From assembly GCA_002269645.1 (NCBI GenBank), contig NIVC01000640.1:124001-188000 (forward strand): a DNA stretch of 64,000 nucleotides. The letters are read 5' to 3'. This document shows, in pieces, positions 37,726 through 49,200 of this stretch (its first letter is position 1; every line of letters begins with the position of its first letter). The stretch is from Macrostomum lignano. Taxonomy: Eukaryota. The position numbers were made by a program, and so were the translations under genes. Below the pieces are notes generated by a model. That model searched no databases. It was not told where the DNA came from and saw nothing but the letters and a program-made list of their open reading frames with translations.

Positions 37726-37737
37726 CCAAATCTCTAA

Positions 37738-40643
37738 CTAGAACAGGCGGATATCCGTATCACCCGAAGTGGCCGAGACGCCGCAGGCGCTGCACACAGC
37801 GTTGCCATGACTACCGCCAGTTGACGAAGAGAAATGGCTGAGCAGCTGCTGGTGGCCCAGTCTGGTGGCGCTGTGCAGGTAGCGCTCTTTGCGCAGCTCT
37901 GCGCGCAGGTCGGCCAGCGAATCTTCCAGCTGGCGCAGCTGGTCGGCCTGCTCGGCGCGGATTTGCTCTTCGCGCAGTGCAAAATCCCGCGCCAATTCGT
38001 CGCGCAGATTGGATTCGCGCTGGCGAAATCGCGCCAACTTAGCGCCGGCCTGTTGCAGACGTTGGTTAGCGTCGCGTGCTTCTTCGCGCGCCCGATCGCG
38101 CTCTTCTATGGCTAGCGCCAGGTCGGCGCGTAATTCGGCGCAACGACGCTCGGCATCGTCGGTGCGCGCCTGCAGACCCTGCGCCAGGATGCGGTAGCGC
38201 TCGCACGCCTTGGCGGACTCGCCGGCGGCGCCGGATTTCGCCTCCAACTGGCGGCTCTGAGAGCGGCACTTCGTGTCCAGGCAGCTAAGCCTGGGAAATA
38301 GGAATATTGTCTGACACAGGTAGCTAAGGTGCAGAGGGAAACAGGGCAATATTGTCTGACACAGGTAGCTAAGGTGCAGAGGGAAACAGGGCAATATTGT
38401 CTGACACAGGTGGCTAAGGTGCAGAGGGAAACAGGGCAATACTGTCTGACACAGGTAGCTAAGTTGCAGAGGGAAACAGGGCAATATTGTCTGACACAGG
38501 TAGCTAAGGTGCAGAGGGAAACAGGGCAATATTGTCTGACACAGGTAGCTAAGGTGCAGAGGGAAACAGGGCAATATTGTCTGACACAGGTAGCTAAGGT
38601 GCAGAGGGAAACAGGGCAATATTGTCTGACACAGGTAGCTAAGGTGCAGAGGGAAACAGGGCAATATTGTCTGACACAGGTAGCTAAGGTGCAGAGGGAA
38701 ACAGGGCAATATTGTCTGACACAGGTAGCTAAGGTGCAGAGGGAAACAGGGCAATATTGTCTGACACAGGTAGCTAAGGTGCAGAGGGAAACAGGGCAAT
38801 ATTGTCTGACACAGGTAGCTAAGGTGCAGAGGGAAACAGGGCAATATTGTCTGACACAGGTGGCTAAGGTGCAGAGGGAAACAGGGCAATACTGTCTGAC
38901 ACAGGTAGCTAAGGTGCAGAGGGAAACAGGGCAATATTGTCTGACACAGGTAGCTAAAGTGCAGAGGGAAACAGGGCAATATTGTCTGACACAGGTGGCT
39001 AAGGTGCAGAGGGAAACAGGGCAATACTGTCTGACACAGGTAGCTAAGTTGCAGAGGGAAACAGGGCAATATTGTCTGACACAGGTAGCTAAGGTGCAGA
39101 GGGAAACAGGGCAATACTGTCTGACACAGGTAGCTAAGGTGCAGAGGGAAACAGGGCAATACTGTCTGACACAGGTAGCTAAGGTGCAGAGGGAAACAGG
39201 GCAATATTGTCTGACACAGGTAGCTAAGGTGCAGAGGGAAACAGGGCAATATTGTCTGACACAGGTAGCTAAGGTGCAGAGGGAAACAGGGCAATATTGT
39301 CTGACACAGGTAGCTAAGGTGCAGAGGGAAACAGGGCAATATTGTCTGACACAGGTAGCTAAGGTGCAGAGGGAAACAGGGCAATATTGTCTGACACAGG
39401 TAGCTAAGGTGCAGAGGGAAACAGGGCAATATTGTCTGACACAGGTAGCTAAGGTGCAGAGGGAAACAGGGCAATATTGTCTGACACAGGTAGCTAAGGT
39501 GCAGAGGGAAAAAGGGCAATATTGTCTGACACAGGTAGCTAAGGTGCAGGGGGTTGCCCTAATTTGCAATTGCATATACTGAATTGGACTCACCGCTCAG
39601 CCTGGAACCTGACAGCCGCTTTCAACACGTGATTCTCCTTCTTCAACTTGGCCAGCTCACCGCGGAACAGCCGCAACTCCTCGGCGGTCCACAAGCAATC
39701 GGAGTCGCCTTCATCTTTGTCGCGACTTGACAAATGCTGCCGTTCGCGACGCGACTGCCGGCTGCGCGCGCCGACGTCGTCCGCTTCGGTAGACGAGTGC
39801 GGCGATGACCGTCTGGTAGAAGCAGCAGCAGCCGCCGCCGCCGCCGCCGCCACCGCGGCTGCCGCAGCAGCTTCATCGCGTTGCATTCGCTCCCAGACAC
39901 GCCTGAGACGGACAGGTTAAGATAAGATATTATAGGCATATACTGGTATAGAACAGAGCCAACCCACAAGGTATAGGCCATAGAGTGTTATTTGTTAAAC
40001 AGGGGACGAGAGATTAGGCGAAAAATTTCCCAGTCAAAACAGGAAAAACTTTATCAGACTGAAGAGGGAATTCAGAGATGCCAATGTTTAAGAGCATATG
40101 ACGCAGGTTAGGAGTTTTTTGGGAAAGCTTTATATTCACTTCATTCGCTGCCTCCCCAACAAGGGGCTTAAGGTAGCTAGCCTCGTTCACTAAAATCTTG
40201 TTGCTAAAACTCAGCCAGTAATACCTGTAAGCGTTGCCATGCCGACCAGGTGGAGTCATGGGATCAACTCGGAGCGATTGAGCATCAGAGTGGGCTTCAA
40301 TTTCGGCCATCTGAAGAGGGTCCGAATCCAGCCCAAATCTGGCTGGGAAAAGTGTCTCCCACCAGTCACGCTGCTGCTGCTGTTCCTCATGATTTTCATC
40401 TTCTAGAAATAGATCTTGGTCAGGCAGTTCTGACTTGTTGGCCTCCTCAATGCCTAGGTCAATTGGATCATAAGGCATGTCAAGTTGCTGTGCCTGATGG
40501 CGCTCACTGCTAGAGTGCTTTGCAGCTGACTGAGACTGCTGCTTATGTGACTTGCTTTGCCTTTTGTTATCATTGCTAGTGCCTGTCATTGTCCCCGAGT
40601 CAGGTACTGGTGCAGAGCGCATTGCAGATTTGAAGCAGTCCAT
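37738..40643 (-). CDS. Coiled-coil protein, CCDC160-like, ~426 aa, 3 exons
   Basis: Exons 40225-40643, 39594-39902, 37738-38290, all GT-AG with phase 2/2 consistent (AYR|RVWERM; AER|LSCLD). Long heptad-rich C-terminus ending ELRKERYLHSATRLGHQQLLSHFSS. The resemblance to CCDC160 (N-terminal WWETLFPARF, C-terminal ELRxE..L..L...F.S) is recalled from memory and needs an HMM search. Confidence 0.75.
38303..39548. repeat. 45-bp minisatellite, ~28 copies, filling CCDC160-like intron 2
   Basis: Unit AATATTGTCTGACACAGGTAGCTAAGGTGCAGAGGGAAACAGGGC. Confidence 0.98.
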
Positions 40644-40699
40644 AGAGATGCAAAATAGACTAAGAAAAGCATGAAAAATAATCACTAATTAGTTAAGTT

Positions 40700-43600
40700 A
40701 GTATCTAATGCATAAAATTTCAATAGATCATTTAAAGAAAATTCAATATTGATATTAGATGACTTAAAATGGATATAATAAAGCCACTATCCTTTGGCTT
40801 TATGTATATAATCCTTTTAGTTTAGATTCAATAAAAAATAAACCTTGCCTTTGGGCTTTAGCCCAGAATAGAGTAAGAATTTATAGCTTGTATATAAAAA
40901 GCCTAATCCTGCTAAGGAGTTTTTGTTAAAAAAATACTTGTGATTTTGTAACTAGGATATATAATAATAATATTATTAATAATAAATAATGATATCATGT
41001 CCCAAATTGACCACACAAGTGGCAAAAAAGGGGGTATCAAATTGTACCCTTTTTAGGGCAAGGTCTCTAATATGCTTCATACTAGCTGCCTAGCTAAGTG
41101 CTTATTCATTATAAAAAATATGGTCAATGTAGCAAGCCACTTGTCCTTGTCCATGCCTGCGTGGTCACTGCGGAATCTATAGCAAGATGTCCTACAGTGG
41201 CTCTAGGCAATAGGCTTTGGCCCAGATGGCATGCCTAGCAAGCTGCAGATATAGCTCATTCAGTAGGACAAAAGGCCACATTAGGTGCACTTGCTAGTAC
41301 ATGTATAGGGAGTCAGTTGTCTTACTGCTAGAGCTGTGGCAGATGCCAAACATGATACAAACTAGAGCCACATTCACATGTGCTGCATCAAGCTATCTCT
41401 TGAGTACGTTAAGTCTAATCTTAAATCCAATATTATTAGGGTTAAAATTTTGGTTGTAAAATATAGAGCATAATAGAAAACTGTGTTGAGCTTCTTTTAG
41501 AGCACCTTGGTCTAATCTTATATTCTTAGGGCCTATTCAATATTAGGGTTAAATGTAGGCTATATATTATAAAATATTAAATATAATAGAAAATTGCAAC
41601 TAGCTACTCCTAGATTAGATAATAATTATTAGATAATAAACAAATAACAGTTAGTTAAGACTTAAAAAATCAAGTTTTTTAATTATAATTAAAACTTAGA
41701 AAAAAAACAATAACAAAATTTATATGGACATTGCCCTCAGTAGGCCTACTAATCTATAGATCTATAGTATCTATAGATCATATCATACATACATGACCAT
41801 AGGCCTATACTATGCTAATGCGATATGCCAATATACTATTACTATATCACCTAGCACATCGACATTGTCATTGGTTTGTTTTATTAATAATATGTATAAA
41901 ATTATGTATTATCCCAAAAATGTCCTACTAATCCAAAACAGTGCAAAACTGTCTATGCCTGCTTTCTAGCAACTGCACATGCTGATAGTCAACAACATTA
42001 ATAAGTCCTGCAGTTCTTATTTTGATTGGTGATTCAGTTCATGATTTGTTCAAAACTGAGTCCTGATCTCAATCAATCTTACTATAGGTTCAATAGTGCA
42101 CAGTCAGGCTCAGTGAGAATCAAAATTAATTAAGGAAGCAGACAGGGTCTAAGCCTACTGTTTTTATTTTACTTTTTGCACTTTTGCTGCACTTTTAGAA
42201 GAATATAAAACGTTATTACAATACAAATACTTACTTTTATCAGTACGTTTTATTTTTAACTTTGCTTAACCTAGTGACAAAAACAATTTGAAAATGACAC
42301 CGGCAAGATTTATTTGACCAATTGCCGGCGGCAGGCTATAATGTTTAGGCTTTTTATATTACTATTACTGATTTCAGAACAGGAATCGGTTCGGATCTTA
42401 AAAAAACCAGTATAACCTGTAAAACCAGTAAATATAACCAGTAAAAACCAGTAAAAGTATAACACTTAACTTTGTTGAATGTTTGACTGCCTAAATAGCC
42501 TCACTGCACAATTTTTCACTTTCCTCTTGGCTATTTCTAGGCCTAGCCCTAGCCCTAGGCCCTATTCATTCCCATTCAATAATTTCAACTTGATTGTTTA
42601 TAGGCCTAGCACATATCCCTCCCACTAGTTTAGGGGACAAAAAGTTATACTTTACAAATTGGATCTAGTTCTAACTTCTAGAATTAGAACAAGCAATATG
42701 AAAAGGCCCAAACTGTGTGATAATGGCTCTAAAACCCAAGATTTACTTGATCTGAAAAAGCTAGGCTAGCCTAGCTTCTTATGCAAGTCTCAGGCCTGTT
42801 ATTATGATTTATAGTTCATGACTACACATTGTACACAGTACACATTGAATTAAGCCTTAAAAAAGCCTAATTATTAAGGCCAGGATATATAAATGAATCA
42901 GTGGATTTTTGTCAAGAGTGTAAGCCCCCTATTATCTTATTGAAATTTCGGATTTAAATGTAGTAATAATAATATTAATTATTATATTAGCACTAATTTT
43001 AATTTATTAACTAAAACTCCCTCAAGGACAAGGAGAAAGAAAAAATTTAATGAAGATTTGTAGTGTAGGCATGCACATTTTATTTTTTTTACTTTTTGTT
43101 CAAAATATAATTATTTTATTTGGTGGTCTTAACTTTTTAATTCTAGGATAGAATTTATCCCAAAAACAAATAATATATGGGGTCATGGCAATAGTAAGTA
43201 CCAAAGCCCAAAGAAAAAATAATTTGCTCACATTTAGGCCTAAGATCACTAAATAAAGTTTATTTATTTTTAGTATAGGCCTATTTTTGTCTTTAATTTT
43301 TAAACCAAAATTTGTTAAAATTGATCGCATACCTACCTAGACCTAGATAGGCCTAAATAGATAAATAGATAGATTGATAGATACCAACAGACCATTTTAG
43401 TATATAGATTCATTTAAATTAAAATATAAAATTAAATTCATATTATTTAAGCTAAATTTAACTTGTAGAAAATATGATTATTTTAAGTTGTTGTCAGTGT
43501 ATAATAGACCTAGGCCCTAATATTTTATTGATTTTAAATTTCAAATATATAGGCCTAATACTATTTAACTATTTTTAGATCATATGCATAAGTATATTTT

Positions 43601-44240
43601 AAAGAAGTAATTGTAATATAGCAATTGATTTAAATTTAAGCTAGCTAAACTAATTGTCTTTATTATAAAAAAATATTTCCCTATAGGCTAGGCCTATAGC
43701 CTTTTTATTATAAATTTAAATAGCTATTTATATCAATAAGGATCTAAAGGTATTGTGTTTGAAAAACTATAAGAAAGTTTTATATAGTTTTTAGTATTAC
43801 ACAATATATGAGTCAAGCATGTCTAAAAAGTTAATTTGTTATAATTGCTAAGCATTCTTTCGCTTTCTCATTTATTGTTATGTGTGATTTTAAAAACCTT
43901 ATAATAACTTTTTAATGCATTTAGTATCATTGGTTTAGGTCATATATGTGCGACTTCTAAAATTACACTTGTTATAAGACTTAGTTTTGACTTAAAATGC
44001 AATTTAATTTTGCAACTTACCCAAAAATGAAAAATCTTTAGTTTGTTGTCAATTTTGCAATATACCTTTGGTTTGCAACATTTGATCCTAGCCAGATATC
44101 AATTGGATTGGCTAGCTATTGCAAATATATAGTTTAGTTTTATTTAATTTAGATAGCTATGGAAAATACACATTATTGTATGCATATACATATACCTTAG
44201 TAATCTGTGCTCCTTGTTCAAAATTTTCTTTATCCATACC
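40700..44240. promoter_or_regulatory. AT-rich, CpG-poor spacer between divergent CCDC160-like and NSD genes (putative bidirectional promoter region)
   Basis: Lies between head-to-head start codons (40643 -, 44590 +). Markedly AT-rich and free of tandem arrays. Nine perfect TAGGCCTA palindromes between 41741 and 43696. Confidence 0.45.
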
Positions 44241-44242
44241 TG

Positions 44243-44458
44243 CCTTGAGCAAGACACTTAACTCTGCATTGCTTCAGTTCACCCAACTGTAAAATGGGTG
44301 CCAGCATTAGATGGGGTAATTGAGTGTGCATGGTGACCACCTAGTCGTTGGACTGAACAGCCATGCACAGCCTTCAGATGTGCTGCACAATAGCTGCGGC
44401 TGAGCTGTCAGTTGCACATCTGCCCATTAAGGCATGTGTAATCAATTATTATTATTAT
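44243..44458 (+). mobile_element. Headless (5'-truncated) copy of SINE family A
   Basis: Colinear with 26755-26986 from CCTTGAGCAAGACACTTAACTCTGCATTGCTTCAGTTCACCCA to the (ATT)n tail; no tRNA head. Confidence 0.85.
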
Positions 44459-44589
44459 AGGCAAAATTATATTGAATGCTAATTTCTGTTGCTTCGCATG
44501 GTTTTCAAGTTCAAACAATGGGCTCCCAGAGGGGAATATACTTACACTGTGCTGTAAATGTCTGTCTCCAATTACTATTTATTGCAGAC

Positions 44590-46209
44590 ATGGAAGAGTT
44601 CAGTCCACCCGCTGCCGATGTGTCACAGGAGGAGGCATCAGCGCTGCCGCCGCAACACTCGCTCCAGTTTGTGTCGCAGTCGGAGCCGGTGGAGCCGGAA
44701 CTAATCGAGGGACAGAAGTACCGCCTTGGCGACATGCTCTGGGCTAAGGTTGGCAGCCACCCGTACTGGCCCTGCATGATTTACTATGGCCCCCATTCTG
44801 GCAATACCATTTGCCGGCCTCACGGCAAAGCCAAGGTTGCCTATCACGTGCAATTCTTTGGCCCGCTAGTCGAACGAGCCTGGGTGCCTGACAATGTCAA
44901 CCTGTTACCCTACGAGGGCAAGGATGGCTACGATGATTACGTGGCTGAGCAGACTCGCAAGGGCGGCAAATCGGCAGCCGCGCATTTCGACGTGAAGGCC
45001 AGAATTGCGCCAGCCTGGGAGGCCTCCTGGCGCGAGGCGGAACTGGCCTACGCTATGGACCGGGCGGAGCGCATGGCCAGGTTCGGCCGGGTCTATGTCG
45101 ACAAGCCGGCCAAGCAGGTGCAGCGAACGCCGGCGCCTGCGGCTGGTAAGAAACGCGGCCGTCCGCGCAAATCCGTGTCGTCATCGACTGACGAGGCTGG
45201 CAAACCTTCGGCTAGCGGCGTCTGCAGTCCGGCTGCGTCGGCTTCAACGACGGCTGAGGTGGCCGAGATGTCGCAGTTCAGCGGCGCCAGCCCGCCCAAA
45301 AAGCGAGTTAAACGGACCAAAATCACTCTGGCCTCGCCGCCTCCGCCTGGCAGCGCCGCCGATGGCGCCACTCAGCTAGAGTCCGTGTTTGATGATGTCA
45401 TCGGCGGGGTAGGCGACGACGCTGACGAGGTCGAAGTCAAGAACGGCCACGCTCCGGCCGCAGCGAAGCGCCGCCGAGGCCGGCCATCCAAGTCGGCCGT
45501 TCAGCAGCAACAGCAGCAAAACGGCGCCACCGAGCAGGACAGCGACAGCGGCGAGAGCGGCGGCACGGAGAAGTCCAACGGTGATCCGACGCCCGTGGCG
45601 GCGCCAGACGGCCGATTCGAGTTCCAGCGCCTGCTACACGCGCCGAGCAGCGTTAAACGGGCCCCCGTGTGCTCAAAATGCGAACTCGGCGGCGAAGTCA
45701 TCCCGTGCGATTCCTGCTGTCTGCAGTTCCACGCTGTCTGTCTGGCCGACGGCGCCGCGGCCGCCGATGCTGCCGATGGCGAGGCTGGCGCTAAGAAATG
45801 CGCCGACTGTGCAGCCGGTCGCCAGCTCTGCTTTCTGTGCAAACAGGACGCCGGCGACAAGCGGATGCTTCGCTGCCACATCAACGGCTGCGGCAAGCAG
45901 TACCACGACGCCTGCGCCGGCTCCATGCCCTTCGCTAAGGTGGAGAGCCGCGGCCTTGTCTGCCCGCAGCACGCCTGTCTGGCCTGCTGCGTTGATGCAC
46001 CGTCGTCAGCTCCGGGCTCCTCTGGCCGGGCCACCGGGGCCGCCAAGCTGGTCCGCTGCGTCCGCTGTCCGGCCGCTTATCACGGCGGCGATTTCTGCGT
46101 GCCAGCCGGCAGCGAGGAGCTGTCCGAGACTTGCATAGTCTGTCCGGAGCATCTGCGCGACAAAGCGGCTAAGACTATTAATGTGGCTTGGTGCTTCATC
46201 TGCTCACAG
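44590..46209 (+). CDS. NSD: NSD exon 1 (PWWP1, AT-hook-like motifs, PHD1-3)
   Basis: tgcag|ACATGGAA start context; ends WCFICSQ|gtagg. Confidence 0.9.
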
Positions 46210-49200
46210 GTAGGCTGGAACTGGGATATATTCAACTGCTCTCCCTACTTTATAGTCCAGGTCAGGTGAGACGAGAATCTTCAATAGGAGAGATATGGCT
46301 CATTAATTACTTAATAAGAATAATTTATCAAATTAGCTGTTTATTAGAGGCAGGGGGGTTGTGTGCACCCTGGCGCACTTTAAGCGACTGTCACACAGCC
46401 GGCGAGAGGCATAGCTGCCAATTCCGCCGACTCCCCTGAGCAGGCATACAAGCGCGCGGATACGTACGCAGTCATACGCACAGGCACACACTCACACAGG
46501 AGTGTACAGCGGCCCTAACTTTATTTATCGTTAGGCATACACACTTCACTGTGCCTTGGGGGTTGGCCCTCAAGGCCGTTAATTGCACGAGCAGAGCCAA
46601 GCCGAGATTCCAATTTAGCAACAAATTAAGGTGACTGCACTTGGAATCGAGCCTGGGCGTTGGCACATAAAAGCGCCGGGCTAGACTACTGGGCTACGAC
46701 CGCCTTCAACGGATTATCTTACTTACCTTAATACCTTAATATTCAGGTCAAACTTAGGACATTATTTTCAGTCTTAAGAATAAGTGATTGAACACATTGT
46801 GCCAGCTTCTAAAAAGCAGGTATTAGCCGCTGATCTGCAAACTCTCTTGTTGACTCATTTCACAGTTTCACGTATTTATAAGCGCATATTTGCGCTAATT
46901 ACAAAGAAATTCTATTAAAAGCGTTCTCTTACTACTCGTTAGTTAGTAGGCGATTCTTTTTAAGTCGATTACTTTTGGCTGCCCCAGTTCCCCAACCGAT
47001 TCTGTTGAATTACTAAAGAGTCATTGCAAACAACTCACTAGTGACTCAAACGACTGCAATGCGACGGAGAGGCGACTGTTGAGTCACGAGGGCATCACGT
47101 GAGCTGCAGAATCGTAAAAAACCTGAGAAAAGGTCATTTACGAGGGTTGTCCCAGAAATAGCTGGAAAACCGGTACAGAGGCTGACTGTGATATTCGAAT
47201 CTGGTGCAACTTGTGTCATAAGTAGCAAAAAATGCAACGGTTGTTTTGCTTTTTAAATGGGGTGAAAATGTCAATTTATTCAAAAGTTATGCCTATAATT
47301 AAAAAAAAAGGTGTAGGGGGTAGAGTTACACCAAGTCGAGCCTACTATGCTGGCCATAGACTAAACTTTTGATGTTTAGTCAGAACCATCGATTCGAAAA
47401 CAAAAGCAAACGAAGAAGCTGAAAAGAAACAAAAGAGCACATAAGCCCTCGAAAAAAGCAGAAGCTAATCTGAAGCAGAAGCAGAAGCAGAAAAGCTACA
47501 GGCTGAGGGGTGACTTCGTCGAAAAGTCATCAGTCAAGGGCGATGGCGATGCTGCGTGACCGACTTTGCAGACCTTTCGACTTGGTGTAACTCTACCCCC
47601 TAACCCCTGTTCTAATTATAGGCATAACTTTTAAATAAATTGACATTTTACATTTTTTTCTACTTATGACACAAGTTGCATCAAATTCGAATATCACAGT
47701 CAGCCTCTGTACTGGTTTTCCCCGCTATTTCTGGGACAACCCTCGTAAATAGTTGTGTCAACGCTTAACTTTCTACTACCTGAAGTAGACTAAATATAGT
47801 TGTTATGAATGCGAAATACTATTCAAATTCATAAAATGCAGACGCAGATGCACTTGAGATTCAACTCGGTGATTCAACAGCAACTGTAACACACCTCAGA
47901 TACGACTCTGCGGCCCCAAAGTCAGTTAAGTCGTCCCAAATTCGTTTCAGTGTTTTGTCTAGAGGCACTTCTTCCCTATTCTTAACTGTGTCACATGCAA
48001 AGACTCTCTGGGACAACGCAAATTTCAGCATATTCAAACCCAGATTCCGGGTTTCATATTTAACCTGCTTCTGTTCACACAGGGCGGCTCTTTAGTCTGC
48101 TGCGAGCGGTGCCCGGCCTCGTTCCATCCAGAGTGCCTGAAGCTGTCGGAGCTGCCCGAGCAGTTCACCTGCGACGATTGCCGTATGGGTAGGCAGCCTC
48201 GCTACGGCGACATCGTCTGGGTGAAGGTTGGCCACTTCCGCTGGTGGCCCTGCGAGATACTCTATCCAGACCACGCGCCGCTGAACATACAACGAATGGC
48301 CCATCAGAAGGGCACATTTCCTGTGCACTTTTTCGGCACCGACGAATACTATTGGGTGCACAAGGGTCGCGTATTCGAATTCGAGGATGGCGATCTTGGC
48401 GATCTGCGCAAGACCCAGGGCTCCAGCCGGCTTGTCCAGCTATTCAAAGAGGGCGTCCGATTGGCGCAGGAGGCCTGCCGGCTGTTTCGCGAGATGCGCG
48501 AGAATCGCGACAAGATGGAGCAGAGCAAGAAGCCGCCGCCTTACAAGTTTATACGGACTAATTATCCTTTTGGGAATGTGAGTCGCCTGTTTTATGTTCT
48601 TTCTTTATGATAGCTGCACTGTAGGGGCAGAGCGAGTTTAAGGTAGCAGGCCTCTGAATGACTGAGAGGGAGTTTGGGGTAGCAGGCCTCTCTGAATGAC
48701 TGAGAGGGAGTTTTGGGTAGCAGGCCTCTGAATGATTGAGAGGGAGTTTTGGGTAGCAGGTCTCTGAATGACTGAGAGGGAGTTTTGGGTAGCAGGTCTC
48801 TGAATGACTGAGAGGGAGTTTTGGGTAGCACGCCTCTGAATGACTGAGAGGGAGTTTTGGGTAGCAGGCCTCTGAATGACTGAGAGGGAGTTTTGGGTAG
48901 CAGGCCTCTGAATGACTGAGAGGGAGTTTTGGGTAGCAGGCCTCTGAATGACTGAGAGGGAGTTTTGGGTAGCAGGCCTCTGAATGAATGAGAGGGAGTT
49001 TTGGGTAGCAGGCCTCTGAATGACTGAGAGGGAGTTTTGGGTAGCAGGCCTCTGAATGAATGAGAGGGAGTTTGGGGTAGCAGGCCTCTGAATTTGATAT
49101 AGCAGAGCTTCTGAAGCAGCAGATGGAGTTGATGTAGCAGAGCTGCTGAAGCAGCAGATGGAGTTGATGTAGCAGAGCTGCTGAAGCAGCAGATAGATTT

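Noticed and set aside
38112-39593. Cys-rich 417-593-aa repeat ORFs and their apparent fusion to the coiled-coil exon
   Set aside because: The 45-bp array lies in an intron bounded by canonical GT (39593) and AG (38291) sites that already give a phase-correct join.
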